Shown here: positions 18,375 to 28,180 of the stretch, in pieces
Numbering within the stretch: the stretch's first letter is position 1
Layout of the letters: the number at the start of each line of letters is the position of its first letter
NCBI GenBank assembly: GCA_903850425.1
Contig: CAINLR010000056.1
Span: 1,918 to 65,917 of the forward strand
Origin: an uncultured Verrucomicrobia subdivision 3 bacterium
Lineage (GTDB): Bacteria > Verrucomicrobiota > Verrucomicrobiia > Limisphaerales > UBA11358
Direction of reading: 5' to 3'
Length of the DNA: 64,000 nucleotides
The notes under the pieces: generated by a model
The model's database searches: none
Told to the model about the DNA's origin: nothing
The model's input: only the letters and a program-made list of their open reading frames with translations
Made by a program: the position numbers and the translations under genes

Positions 18375-21300
18375 TAACCATTGCCTTTCTTCTCGTGGTC
18401 AAACGGATTCCCGTTGAGCTGCTCGTATTCCTCAAAGCTGTGCGGCCATTCGCGGTAATCCGGCATGAGCGGATTGGGATTGCGGACGCGCGCGAGGTAA
18501 GTCGTGCGCGGCTTGGTGAGCAAATCGGCGAGCACGCCATAATTCTGTGGCTGCGCTTTCGCTTTGGAAACCGCGCTCTCTGGATCGCTGACATCACCGA
18601 AGACGATCGCACCGGCCGGACACGCCTGCTGGCAGGCGGTTTTTGGAATCGTTCCCGCCGCTTCCAATAGCCGGACATTATCCGAACCGCCGGCCTTGGC
18701 CTTCTGCCCGATTTTCGCATGTTCGATGCGCTGCGTGCAGTAAGTGCATTTTTCCATGACGCCGCGCATGCGGACGGTCACGTCAGGATTCTTCGACAGC
18801 TTGATGAGATCCCATTCGTCCTCCGAACGCATGCCGCTATTCGGATCCTTCCACCAGCGCAAAATATCGAGCTCGCCATCCGTCTTGTGACCGAGCATCG
18901 CACTCGAATAGATCGGTCCCTTGAGTTCACTCAACGGGCGCTTGTTGAAATCGAGATAATTAAAACGGCGAACTTTATACGGACAGTTGTTCGAGCAATA
19001 GCGCGTGCCGATGCAACGGTTATACGCCATCACGTTCAGGCCTTCCTGGTCGTGGACGGTCGCGTTGACCGGGCAGACGCTTTCGCACGGAGCCATTTCG
19101 CAATGCTGACAAAGCATCGGCTGGTTCACGGCCTGCACATCGTCAATCCATTCGGAGAACTGCTGGTCTTCGTCCGTCTTGAATTTGTCCGCCGGATTTT
19201 CCTTCTTGGGATCAGCAGTGTAATAGCGGTCAATGCGCATCCAGTGCATTTCGCGGCCGCGTTTCACCTGATCCTTGCCGACAATCGGAATATTATTTTC
19301 GCTCTGACAGGCGACCACGCAGGTGCCGCAGCCGACGCACGACGTGAGATCAATCGCCATGCCCCATTGATGCAATGCCGTCTTCTTGGCCTCGTCGAAC
19401 GGATTCGGATAAAGTGATTTGACGATCGGCGGTTCCTTGCCGTGCATCTCTTCGGCAAAGTTCGGCAGCTTGGTGAACTCCGCCAGATTCGCCTCGCGCA
19501 CCGCCGGCCGGCCTTCCATGGACCAATGATCCTGCGTGCAAGCGATGACATGCGTCTCGCCCGTTTTGTGGATCGTTGCGCCGGTCTCGATATATTTACC
19601 GCTGAAAATTTTATACGCGTTGAAGCCCACGCCGGTGCCAACGCGCCCTGCCCGCTCGCGACCGTAACCGAGCGCGAGGCCGAGCGAATAATCCGCCATG
19701 CCCGGCTGCGTCCAGATCGGTCCGATCACTTTCTGACCGTTCAAGGAAATTTCGACGAGATCGCCGTTGGCCACGCCAAGATCACGCGCCGTTTTGCGGC
19801 TGACGAGCACGGCGTTGTCCCACGTCATCTTCGTGATCGGATCGGGCAACTCCTGCATCCAGCCGTTGTTGGCGTAGCGACCGTCATCCACTTTGGCGTC
19901 ACGGAAGAAAACCACTTCGAGATTGCTCGCGGAAAGCACAGGCTTACCTGCTTCCACCAAGAGCTGGTTCAAAGCGCTGGTAGATTTAACCATTTTGACG
20001 TTTTCAAGCGACTTGGACGAACCCGCAACAAAGCCGTTGAATAAAAATTTCTTCCATTGTTCCCCATCCACAAAACTGCCATGAGTGCTGCGGACCGCCA
20101 GAATTGAACCCAACGATTGGCCGAGGATGCGCCACAGAAAATCCAATTCCGACAAACCGCCGAACAACGGCTGAATCAACGGCTGAACCGGAACCAAGGT
20201 GCCGTCGCTGGTCGTCGCATCGCCCCAGGATTCGAGATAATGCGCCGCCGGAAAATTCCAGTTGGCGAGTTCGGCCGTTTCGTCTTCGTAATATCCGAGC
20301 CGGACGACCGTCTTGGCTTTCTTCTGCAAAGCCGCCCAGTTCATCTGGCCGGGACTATTCTGGACCGGATTGCCGCCGAGAATCACCAGCGTGTCCACCG
20401 CGTGTCCGTCCAAATATTTGGCGAGCTGGCCAGATGCTCCACCGCGATTGTCCGTGCCCGGAATGAGGGCCACCGTATTGCCGATGCAATCCAGCGCAGT
20501 GTTGATGGCGTGCGCGAGCAGATGCACCACCAGCGGCTGGCGCTGACCAGCGATGACCAGGACGTTGCCGCGGTTTTTTGCCAGGTCATTGGCACATTCA
20601 GAAATCCACTTGAGATCCAAGTCTGCCGGCACCGTTGTCACGCCGGGCGTCTGGCCGGAAATGACCGCGCCGAGAATGGCGGCAGCGATTTGAGCGACGG
20701 AACTCGCTGCCACGCGCAGCCGGTGATCCGCGTTCGCGCCGGTGAGCGTGAACAGCGATTCAATCGCGTAAAGCCGGCTCATCCCCTGCCCGGCCTTGCG
20801 GCCAGCGGCAAATTTGCGGATGTGCTCATGCGCGCCGTCCTCGCCGCCGAGAAAATCGCAGTCGAGCGACAGAATGACCTTCGCCTTATCGAAATGGAAA
20901 ACCGGATGCACCGGCTGGCCAAACGCCTGCGTGGCCGCGCGCTGGTGGATGCCGGAATCAATCGCGTCGTAGGTGAACCACTGCGACTTAGGAAATTTGG
21001 AGGCGATGTTTTGTTGAACGCGCCACCGCGACGGCGACGTGCTGCTTTCAGAAAGAAACGCCAGCCCTTCGCCAGAGTTCGCGGCGAATTTTTTGGAAAG
21101 TTCGTCGAGGAAATTCAACGCTTCTTCGCGCACAACCACTTTACCGTCGTGTTTGAAATGGCGGGCGCGGTCAGGATCGTAAAGATCCAAAATCGAAGCC
21201 TGCGCGTAGCGGTCGGTGCCGCCGTTGCTGCCGGGAAACAACGCGTTGCCTTCGATCTTGATCGGCCGACCTTCGTAGGATTTGACGACCAGCGGAATCG

Positions 21301-21628
21301 CACCGGTGCGCGTGGGCATGGCGGTGGCAAAATACTGTGCCTCGCCAAAGGTATAATTTTCCGGCTGCTGGCCGAACGGTTCCAGCTTCTCTTCGGGCCG
21401 ACGGCAACCGGAGCCGAGCGTCGCGATGCCGGCGAAGGCAAACGACGCCGACATGATTTTGAGAAAATTGCGGCGGCTCTGGCCGTCCTCCACCAACTCG
21501 CTCGCGCCCACGGGAAATTCGCGATGCAGCCAGTCCTTGAACTCCGGCGTGTCGGCCAGTTCGTCCAGGCTGCGCCAGTAACGGCGGCCGGTAACAGGCG
21601 AAGTCGAATTGTTCAAATTATTTTTCAT
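18374..21628 (-). CDS. actB: alternative complex III subunit ActB (molybdopterin-oxidoreductase-like + 4Fe-4S ferredoxin fusion)
   Basis: From ATG 21628 there is a Tat motif RRNFLKIMSASFAFAG and a large MopB-like N-half. The C-half has FeS cysteine clusters CVGCGTCVVAC, CQHCEMAPCESVCP, CIGTRYCSNNCP and CTYC...CQQACP. Confidence 0.9.
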   Translation of the reverse strand: MKNNLNNSTSPVTGRRYWRSLDELADTPEFKDWLHREFPVGASELVEDGQSRRNFLKIMSASFAFAGIATLGSGCRRPEEKLEPFGQQPENYTFGEAQYFATAMPTRTGAIPLVVKSYEGRPIKIEGNALFPGSNGGTDRYAQASILDLYDPDRARHFKHDGKVVVREEALNFLDELSKKFAANSGEGLAFLSESSTSPSRWRVQQNIASKFPKSQWFTYDAIDSGIHQRAATQAFGQPVHPVFHFDKAKVILSLDCDFLGGEDGAHEHIRKFAAGRKAGQGMSRLYAIESLFTLTGANADHRLRVAASSVAQIAAAILGAVISGQTPGVTTVPADLDLKWISECANDLAKNRGNVLVIAGQRQPLVVHLLAHAINTALDCIGNTVALIPGTDNRGGASGQLAKYLDGHAVDTLVILGGNPVQNSPGQMNWAALQKKAKTVVRLGYYEDETAELANWNFPAAHYLESWGDATTSDGTLVPVQPLIQPLFGGLSELDFLWRILGQSLGSILAVRSTHGSFVDGEQWKKFLFNGFVAGSSKSLENVKMVKSTSALNQLLVEAGKPVLSASNLEVVFFRDAKVDDGRYANNGWMQELPDPITKMTWDNAVLVSRKTARDLGVANGDLVEISLNGQKVIGPIWTQPGMADYSLGLALGYGRERAGRVGTGVGFNAYKIFSGKYIETGATIHKTGETHVIACTQDHWSMEGRPAVREANLAEFTKLPNFAEEMHGKEPPIVKSLYPNPFDEAKKTALHQWGMAIDLTSCVGCGTCVVACQSENNIPIVGKDQVKRGREMHWMRIDRYYTADPKKENPADKFKTDEDQQFSEWIDDVQAVNQPMLCQHCEMAPCESVCPVNATVHDQEGLNVMAYNRCIGTRYCSNNCPYKVRRFNYLDFNKRPLSELKGPIYSSAMLGHKTDGELDILRWWKDPNSGMRSEDEWDLIKLSKNPDVTVRMRGVMEKCTYCTQRIEHAKIGQKAKAGGSDNVRLLEAAGTIPKTACQQACPAGAIVFGDVSDPESAVSKAKAQPQNYGVLADLLTKPRTTYLARVRNPNPLMPDYREWPHSFEEYEQLNGNPFDHEKKGNG

Positions 21629-22287
21629 CGGTGACAGGCCGAGCAGCTTTGCAACGTTTCCACTTTCCAATCATGGACGAATTTCTTGCCATTTACTTCC
21701 TGCAATTTCGCGGCTTCCTCGTCGTTCGTGCTCCATTGCCAGCCGAGTTCGGTGACCTTGTCGGTGGGGCGAATCTTGGCGGCAGGGTCGCGATGGCAAT
21801 CCAAACAAAAACTCATGCTCAAGGATTTGGCGTGGCTGACTTCTTCCATCTGGTCAATGCGCCCGTGACATTCCACGCAGCTCATGCCGCGCCGAATGTG
21901 GACGGAATGGTTGAAATAGACGTAATCGGGAACCTTGTGAACCTGCACCCACGGAATGGGAGTATTATTGGTGGCGCTGTCGCGAACGATTTGCAGACGC
22001 GGATCGTCTTTCAACACCTGGTTGTGGCAGTTCATGCAGGTGGAGGCGCCGGGCAAATTGGCGAACCAGGATTTTTCCACGCCGTTGTGACAATAGCGGC
22101 AATCCAGCCCGAGCTGGCCGGCGTGAATCTTATGGGAGAACGGGACCGGCTGCACCGGTTGATAGCCGGCACGCGTGTATTTGGGCGTGAGATAAATCGT
22201 CACACCCGCAGCCACGGCGGCACCGGTCAATGCCGCAATGACGCCCAGCGCCAGCGGCAAGCTATTTGTCCATTTCGGGAAAATCAC
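21625..22287 (-). CDS. actA: alternative complex III pentaheme cytochrome c subunit ActA
   Basis: N-terminal anchor and five CxxCH sites (CRYCH, CMNCH, CVECH, CLDCH, CSACH). Confidence 0.9.
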   Translation of the reverse strand: MIFPKWTNSLPLALGVIAALTGAAVAAGVTIYLTPKYTRAGYQPVQPVPFSHKIHAGQLGLDCRYCHNGVEKSWFANLPGASTCMNCHNQVLKDDPRLQIVRDSATNNTPIPWVQVHKVPDYVYFNHSVHIRRGMSCVECHGRIDQMEEVSHAKSLSMSFCLDCHRDPAAKIRPTDKVTELGWQWSTNDEEAAKLQEVNGKKFVHDWKVETLQSCSACHR

Positions 22288-22418
22288 TGCTTAATAAAAT
22301 AAAGGCTCCAACAAACCGAATCTTGCCATTCCAACCGCAAAGTTGAGCGCTTTATTTAACAACAGGGCGTGCCGCCTGCAAGAATAGTTTCTGAAAAAAT
22401 CACAATGCCGGCCCAGAA

Positions 22419-23021
22419 TTACTTGCCCGGCATCATGGCCGTCAGCGCATTTCTGGCCTGGCTGATCATGTCCCGGAACTGCGCCACCTGGTCGGAAGCA
22501 AGCGGGATGCGGGGATTGTCGCCGAACTGGAGAAAAGTCTGAATGCCGCCCTGCCGCCGGCTGCTGTAGGCCACGATGCGCAACCCTGACTTGGTGGTGT
22601 AGGCGGCCTCAAAACTCGGCAGCGGCGTCACGTCGTAGGAGATTTTGCTGAGATAATCAATGCCGTTGAGCAGCGATTCCAGTTCGTCATAGTCCACGAC
22701 GAGCTTTTCGCGCGGCTGATTGCTTTCGGCAAATCCGATCGTCAGGCCGTAGAGTTTGCGGCCGGTGCCAATATCGGCCGTTTCCTTGACCCGCACGAAG
22801 ATGGTTCCGGTTTCCATGTTCAGCGTGGCCATCTGGCCAATGCCTTTGACGATGACCGTGCTGGTTTGCAGCTCGAACAGTTCGATCTCAGTCCTCGGGG
22901 CATTCGTGGTGAGGGTGGTTTCCTGTGCTTGGACCACCCCAGCCAGCGAGTTGGCCGTAATGAGAATGGCGCAAAGTTGCCGTGTAAAGTTTCTCCGGGG
23001 TGCCATAATCTGATTGGTCAT
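22419..23021 (-). CDS. secreted protein of unknown function
   Basis: 200-aa ORF with a signal-like LCAILITANSLAGVVQAQ. No family recognised. Confidence 0.55.
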   Translation of the reverse strand: MTNQIMAPRRNFTRQLCAILITANSLAGVVQAQETTLTTNAPRTEIELFELQTSTVIVKGIGQMATLNMETGTIFVRVKETADIGTGRKLYGLTIGFAESNQPREKLVVDYDELESLLNGIDYLSKISYDVTPLPSFEAAYTTKSGLRIVAYSSRRQGGIQTFLQFGDNPRIPLASDQVAQFRDMISQARNALTAMMPGK

Positions 23022-23144
23022 ACGCCAATTAAACTCTGGACAGCGGATAAAGTTGCACGCCGGCCCGCTCGGCCCAGTTCAACGATGGCAGATTTGATTT
23101 TCAAGTTGCGCCGCATCTGTTAAGCATGACGCGATTCAACCACC

Positions 23145-24218
23145 ATGAAACTTGGACTCGGACTCTATCGCCATCAGCTCAACGCGGAACATTATCGTTT
23201 CGCCCGGCAATGCGGCTGCACGCATCTGGTCATACATCTCGTGGATTATTTCCGTTCCTCGCGCAGCAATCAGCCCGGCGATCAGCCCGTCGGCGATGAC
23301 ACCGGCTGGGGATACGCGGGCGATCCGGCCCAGCTCTGGACGTATGAAGAAATTGCTGCCATCAAAAAGGAAATCAACGACGCTGGCCTCGCACTGGAAG
23401 CGATTGAAAATTTTGATCCCGCACACTGGCACGACGTGCTGCTCGACGGACCAAAAAAATTGCAGCACGTCGAGAACGTCAAGACGATCATCCGCAACGT
23501 CGGGCGCGCGGGCATCCCGGTTTTTGGCTACAACTTCTCCATCGCTGGCGTCGCCGGCCGCGTCAAAGGCCCGTTCGCGCGCGGCGAGGCCGAGGCCGTG
23601 GGCATGGACGGGCCGCTCGACACACCGCTGCCCAACGGCATGGCGTGGAACATGGTCGTGGAGAAAAACGCCGCACCCGGCACCATTCCGTCGGCGACGC
23701 ACGAACAACTTTGGTCGCGCCTGAAATTTTTTCTGGATGAACTGATCCCCGTGGCCGAGGCGGCAGGCGTCACACTCGCTGCGCATCCGGATGATCCGCC
23801 CCTGCCCTTTGTCCGCGCCCAACCGCGACTCGTTTATCAGCCGCAACTTTACCAGAAGCTCATTGACCTGAAACCAAGTCCGCGCAACGCACTGGAATTT
23901 TGCGTCGGCACGCTCGCCGAAATGACGGAAGGAAATATCTATGACGCCGTGGACACTTACAGCCGCCAGCAGAAACTCGGCTACGTTCATCTTCGCAACG
24001 TTCGTGGCAAAGTGCCGACCTATAAGGAAACCTTCATTGACGATGGTGACGTGGACATCCTCCGCGTGCTGCGCATTCTCAAGCAGAATAATTATCAAGG
24101 CGTGTTGATTCCCGACCACGCGCCACAGATGAGTTGTGCCGCGCCGTGGCACGCCGGCATGGCCTACGCGCTGGGATTCATGCGCGCCGCGCTGAAAATG
24201 ATAGACCAGGAGGGGTGA
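23145..24218 (+). CDS. uxuA: mannonate dehydratase
   Basis: TIM-barrel pattern with GYNF, LAAHPDDPP, YVHLRNV and IPDHAPQM, colinear with UxuA (MAVHPDDPP ... RPDHGHQM). Confidence 0.8.
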   Translation: MKLGLGLYRHQLNAEHYRFARQCGCTHLVIHLVDYFRSSRSNQPGDQPVGDDTGWGYAGDPAQLWTYEEIAAIKKEINDAGLALEAIENFDPAHWHDVLLDGPKKLQHVENVKTIIRNVGRAGIPVFGYNFSIAGVAGRVKGPFARGEAEAVGMDGPLDTPLPNGMAWNMVVEKNAAPGTIPSATHEQLWSRLKFFLDELIPVAEAAGVTLAAHPDDPPLPFVRAQPRLVYQPQLYQKLIDLKPSPRNALEFCVGTLAEMTEGNIYDAVDTYSRQQKLGYVHLRNVRGKVPTYKETFIDDGDVDILRVLRILKQNNYQGVLIPDHAPQMSCAAPWHAGMAYALGFMRAALKMIDQEG

Positions 24219-24263
24219 GTTTTTAGTTGCGGAGTGTCTCCAGCTGAAATGGGTGCGGAATTA

Positions 24264-24296
24264 GGTGGTCTTGGTTGCACTGCGACCAAGACCGCC
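24264..24296 (+). other. GC-rich stem-loop downstream of uxuA (no U-tract)
   Basis: GGTGGTCTTGGT-tgcactgcg-ACCAAGACCGCC, 11 of 12 bp paired, 46 nt after the uxuA stop. No T-run follows, so terminator function is unproven. Confidence 0.3.
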
Positions 24297-24371
24297 ACGG
24301 TCGCAATTCGCTTGGGCGCCGCCCTGCCCTAATGGCTTGATTCAATCCGTTGCCGCTGTTAATTAATTATC

Positions 24372-24689
24372 GTGAGCAATTTCAATGTTGGCGACAAAGT
24401 GGTCTGCGTGGACGATAAATTCCCGCCGGACATCGGCAAACTTTACGACGCCCTGCCGGTCAAGGACGTCACCTACGTCGTGCGCGACATCCGGCTCGGC
24501 ATCAACCTCACGCTGGAAGGCGACGTGTCGGTGCTGCTCATCGGCCTCGTCAATCCAAAGGCCGATTCCAAGGCCAATCTCGAACGCGGCTTTCGCGCCG
24601 ATCGCTTCCGGCCGCTCGAAGAAATGCAGAACGAAAGCCGCACCGCCGTCGAGGAAACCAAGGAAATTCTCCAGCCGGTTGAAGTCTGA
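24372..24689 (+). CDS. small hypothetical protein (105 aa, GTG start)
   Basis: ORF VSNFNVGDKVVCVDDKFPPDIGKLYDALPVKDVTYVVRDI... with coding-like composition. No family recognised. Confidence 0.5.
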   Translation: MSNFNVGDKVVCVDDKFPPDIGKLYDALPVKDVTYVVRDIRLGINLTLEGDVSVLLIGLVNPKADSKANLERGFRADRFRPLEEMQNESRTAVEETKEILQPVEV

Positions 24690-24692
24690 AAC

Positions 24693-25550
24693 TTACTGCG
24701 CCGCGTAGCCGGGCTTGGGTTTGCCGTCGGCATCAAGCTTGTCGCAGGCCCAGAGCAGGCCGCGCGTGACGAGGTCCAGATAACGAGCATCCGCCACGGT
24801 TTCGTTGTTGTGGCCGATGGTGGTCGAGAAAACGCGCGTCTTGACTTTGTAGGTGTTCACCCAGGCGACCACAAAATCATTCGTCCGCTGCGGTTCGCCG
24901 GCTTGGTTTTTGATCACTTGCGTTCCATGCGCCAAGGCTTGGGCGGTGGCGTGAACTTTGATGTTGTTGTAATGTTCTTCGTGAATGGTTGTCCAATCCG
25001 CGAGGTTTTTGGTGATGGGACTGGCTTTGTCAGTGAAGGTGATGGCAATCGGTTCTTGCGGGCCGTGGCCGCTGGATTGGAGGCCGAGGTATTCATACCA
25101 GTGTGAGTTGTCGGCATCGGCCGCCACCGGTTTGCCAAAATCTCCGAAGCGGTAGCAGTGCATAGCGCAGTGCAGGTTCACGCCGGGAATGCCGTCTTGA
25201 TGCGGCTTGAGCACGGCTTGAATGACCGCCGGGTCTTTGATGTCCGCCGCGCATTCGTCGTGGATGACCACGTCGTAGCCCTTGGCGTAATCGGGGTTCC
25301 CATAGATCGGCAGCGCCGGATGCGTGCTGTCGTCCGCGACATAGATGACGTCCACCGTCACATTGGCGCGCGCCTCAATGCCCTTTTTCAAGATGTCCTT
25401 CTGGTGCGCGTAATCGTGGCAGCAACCGCCGGTGATCAGCAGCGCCTTGAGTGGTTTGGTGGCGTCCTGGGCCAGCAGTGCCGGCACCATGGCCAGGGCG
25501 CAGCCAAGAATTAAAAGTCGAATCGGATTGAGCGGGGGAATATTTTGCAT
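24693..25550 (-). CDS. ThuA domain-containing protein (secreted)
   Basis: From ATG 25550 there is a signal peptide LLILGCALAMVPALLAQ, then KALLITGGCCHDY ... HDECAADIK ... typical of the ThuA-like glutamine-amidotransferase-like fold. Confidence 0.75.
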   Translation of the reverse strand: MQNIPPLNPIRLLILGCALAMVPALLAQDATKPLKALLITGGCCHDYAHQKDILKKGIEARANVTVDVIYVADDSTHPALPIYGNPDYAKGYDVVIHDECAADIKDPAVIQAVLKPHQDGIPGVNLHCAMHCYRFGDFGKPVAADADNSHWYEYLGLQSSGHGPQEPIAITFTDKASPITKNLADWTTIHEEHYNNIKVHATAQALAHGTQVIKNQAGEPQRTNDFVVAWVNTYKVKTRVFSTTIGHNNETVADARYLDLVTRGLLWACDKLDADGKPKPGYAAQ

Positions 25551-25717
25551 GGCTGTTACTAGCACAGGGAAATAAATTGGACAAGCGCGAAGGTCGTTGT
25601 GCTTGACACTGGCGCTAAATCCGATTGATTTAGGGGCGTCACCACCGAACAAAAAATTCGATTAACCAAAATGCTGGCCACTGCGTCCATTCATTGAATT
25701 CATTCACCAATAAAAAT

Positions 25718-26998
25718 ATGACCAACTCCCTCATCATGCCTCGTCGCAACTTCATCAAAAACGTCGCCGTGGCCGGTGCCGCGCTGTCGGCCCTGCCGCT
25801 GTTCAATGTCCGGGCGCAGAACGCCGGCCGCAAATTCAAGGTCGGCCTCGTGGGCTGCGGCGGACGCGGCAACGGCGCCCTGGAAAACATGATCGAAGGC
25901 GCCAAGACGCTGGGATATGAAATCGAAGTTTACACCGTGGCCGACCATTTCCCCGACCGCGCCAATGCCGCAGCCAAGAAATACAACATTCCGTCCGACC
26001 GCGTGTTCATTGGTCCGAAGGGCTACCAGCAACTGGTAACGCAGCCGATTGAAATCGTGCTGCTCGCCACGCCGCCCGCTTTCCGTCCGGTGCATCTCGA
26101 AGCCGGTTTGAATGCGGGCAAGCACATGTTCATTGAAAAACCGGTGGCCGTGGATCCCCCCGGCGCGCGCAAGGTGATGGAACTCGGCGATCTCGCCAAG
26201 CAGAAAGGTTTGTCCGTGGTCTCAGGCAACCAACGGCGGCACCAAGGCAGTTACCTGCGCAACCAATATGCCATTGCCAACGGCGCCATCGGCAAAATTG
26301 TCGGCGGCACGGTCAGTTGGTGCGGCGGAGCGCTTTGGTATAAGGAGCGTGAAAGCGGCCAGAGCGACGCCGACTATATGATCCGCAACTGGGTCAGCTT
26401 TTCCGAAATGTCCGGCGACCACATCGTCGAGCAGCACGTTCACAACCTCGACGTGGCGAATTGGTTCATCGGCCGGCCGCCGCAGTCGGCGCTGGGTTTT
26501 GGCGGACGCGCCCGCCGGAAAACCGGCAACCAGTTTGATTTCTTCAGCCTGGATTTGAATTACGGTGAGGATTGCCACATTCACAGCATGTGCCGCCAGG
26601 TCAACGGCACCGATGGCGGCGTCAGTGAATTTTTCCACGGCACCGAAGGCACGGCTTTCGGCGGGGGTAAAATCCAGTCGGACAAACTGGCCCAGCTCAA
26701 AATTCCCGAATTCAAGACGCACGACAACCCGTATGTGGAAGAACACATCGCCCTGCTGCAAAGCATCGTCAAGGGCGAGCCGCTCAACTCCGCCCGCTCG
26801 ATCGCGGAGTCCACGTTGACGGCCATCATGGGTCGCATTGCCTGTTACACCGGACATCTCGTGCGCTGGTCCGACCTGACAACCAACGAGAAATCGCCTT
26901 GGTATAATTTGAAGATGGCACCCTCGGCCGCTGATTTTGAAAGTGGCAATGTCGTGGCGCCGAAGGACGGCGTCTGCGCGATTCCTGGCGAAGCCTGA
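25718..26998 (+). CDS. Gfo/Idh/MocA family oxidoreductase with Tat signal
   Basis: Tat motif PRRNFIKNVAVAGAALSA, Rossmann motif KVGLVGCGGRGNGA, and GKHMFIEKP. It is divergent from the ThuA gene, a common pairing. The track start at 25694 is TTG; ATG 25718 is preferred. Confidence 0.85.
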   Translation: MTNSLIMPRRNFIKNVAVAGAALSALPLFNVRAQNAGRKFKVGLVGCGGRGNGALENMIEGAKTLGYEIEVYTVADHFPDRANAAAKKYNIPSDRVFIGPKGYQQLVTQPIEIVLLATPPAFRPVHLEAGLNAGKHMFIEKPVAVDPPGARKVMELGDLAKQKGLSVVSGNQRRHQGSYLRNQYAIANGAIGKIVGGTVSWCGGALWYKERESGQSDADYMIRNWVSFSEMSGDHIVEQHVHNLDVANWFIGRPPQSALGFGGRARRKTGNQFDFFSLDLNYGEDCHIHSMCRQVNGTDGGVSEFFHGTEGTAFGGGKIQSDKLAQLKIPEFKTHDNPYVEEHIALLQSIVKGEPLNSARSIAESTLTAIMGRIACYTGHLVRWSDLTTNEKSPWYNLKMAPSAADFESGNVVAPKDGVCAIPGEA

Positions 26999-27015
26999 GG
27001 AGTGGCTGAAAATTC

Positions 27016-27049
27016 AAGCCGCGCGATCTCACCGTCGCGCGGCTTTTTT
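27016..27049 (+). terminator. rho-independent terminator after the oxidoreductase gene
   Basis: AAGCCGCGCGA-tctcaccg-TCGCGCGGCTT forms a perfect 11-bp stem followed by TTTT (six T in total including the stem end), 18 nt after the stop. Confidence 0.7.
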
Positions 27050-27262
27050 CGGTGGTGAGCGGCGCGCGGCGTTGACGCCGTTTTAGCGCGCGGCTGGGTC
27101 GCGGAGACCAGCCGCAACCCTCGCCGAACTTGGGCTGCCCTGGCTCACTGCGAACCGGCCCGTTCCCGCTGGGAAATTCCACTGGACACACTCTTTCCAC
27201 CGTCACCCAGTCGAATCCGTGCAACGTGATAGAGTGCGCTCGCCAAAGGATAGGCTGCAAAG

Positions 27263-27463
27263 TTGCCGCCAATTTACGGGTATCGCGGGTTGACGTTCGC
27301 CACTTTTTTCGGATTGGTGGCAGTCACGGGTATGCGCCTCAGCGAGGCCATCTTGCTGGATGTTGGCGATGTGGATTTGGTTGCAGGCGTCAGCACCAGC
27401 CGTGACGGGCGGGCACGACAAGGCCGCAACCGCTTTGCGGTTGGGGATGTTGGTGGGACGTGA
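27263..27463 (+). pseudogene. tyrosine recombinase (phage integrase family) internal fragment
   Basis: LTFATFFGLVAVTGMRLSEAILLDVGDVDLVAGV.. matches the box-I region of tyrosine recombinases (..TGMR.SEA..L...DVDL..GV). Only ~65 aa are present. There is no N-terminal or catalytic C-terminal part in any frame nearby. Confidence 0.45.
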
Positions 27464-27508
27464 ACCCAGGGTAGCCTCGCCGACTCGGCAACCGCTGGGC
27501 TTTGGGCC

Positions 27509-27560
27509 GGAATCCCCTTGGGATTCCCCCGCGCCGCCTTGGCCGGGCCGCGCGCCAAGG
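27509..27560. repeat. two adjacent GC-rich hairpins (REP-like)
   Basis: GGAATCCC-ctt-GGGATTCC (27509-27527) and CCTTGGC-cgggccgcgc-GCCAAGG (27537-27560), in a 640-nt non-coding stretch. Confidence 0.5.
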
Positions 27561-27697
27561 CCATGCCCGCCATGAAAATGAGTTGGACAGGAACTAATCG
27601 CACCCCTAGAGTCAAACCATGAAATCAGATCGGCTGCGCGCCAGCGAGGATCGGCCAACGAAGCCTCTGCCGATTGTCTAATAGGCTGCTTACCACC

Positions 27698-28057
27698 ATG
27701 AAGCTATTCGAAATTACCAGACCGGCGGCAGGTGTTCTTGTGACAGTCGTTTGGTCGGTAGTTTTCTGGTATCTGTTTTTTGTGCTTTTGTCTTGGCATG
27801 TTCTCAAAATTCCGCTCGGGCTTGGCGGTGCCATTTATCCCGTTTTCTTTATCATTCCGGTTTTGATCGGGGCGGTTGTTTATCAGGCAGTCGTTGCATC
27901 TGTTTTCAAGCCACAAGAGCAGCCGCACTGGCATCTTCTTCTGTGGAGATTTTTCGCGCCATGCGCTATCACCTCTTTGCTGTTGGCGGTTTTTTGCCCG
28001 ATGGATGTTCAGGTTTCTTATTTGAGCTATTTATGGCAGTTGATTCTGAATCATTGA
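27698..28057 (+). CDS. small polytopic membrane protein, unknown function
   Basis: 119 aa from ATG 27698 with 3-4 hydrophobic helices. GC content is visibly lower than the surroundings. It lies next to the integrase fragment. Confidence 0.45.
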   Translation: MKLFEITRPAAGVLVTVVWSVVFWYLFFVLLSWHVLKIPLGLGGAIYPVFFIIPVLIGAVVYQAVVASVFKPQEQPHWHLLLWRFFAPCAITSLLLAVFCPMDVQVSYLSYLWQLILNH

Positions 28058-28180
28058 CGCAGCCTAATACGCGAATTGGCTGCGAGGGAGTTGAATGTTT
28101 TCAGAAATGAAACAGCGCGGACGGCTTTCGCCTTTCGCGCTTTTGAATTATTCTCCTGTGCATTGGCCGGAGCGGCTCGC

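Noticed and set aside
20117-21634. 505-aa + strand ORF, plus others at 18719..19417 and 19442..20044
   Set aside because: They are antisense to actB, whose Tat signal and FeS motifs fix the real frame.
16941-22287. Calling the MopB/FeS/NrfD genes a polysulfide, tetrathionate or nitrite reductase (Psr/Ttr/Nrf) operon
   Set aside because: The full pattern is diagnostic of alternative complex III: a pentaheme cytochrome, a fused MopB-FeS subunit, NrfD, DUF3341, a monoheme cytochrome and a second polytopic subunit.
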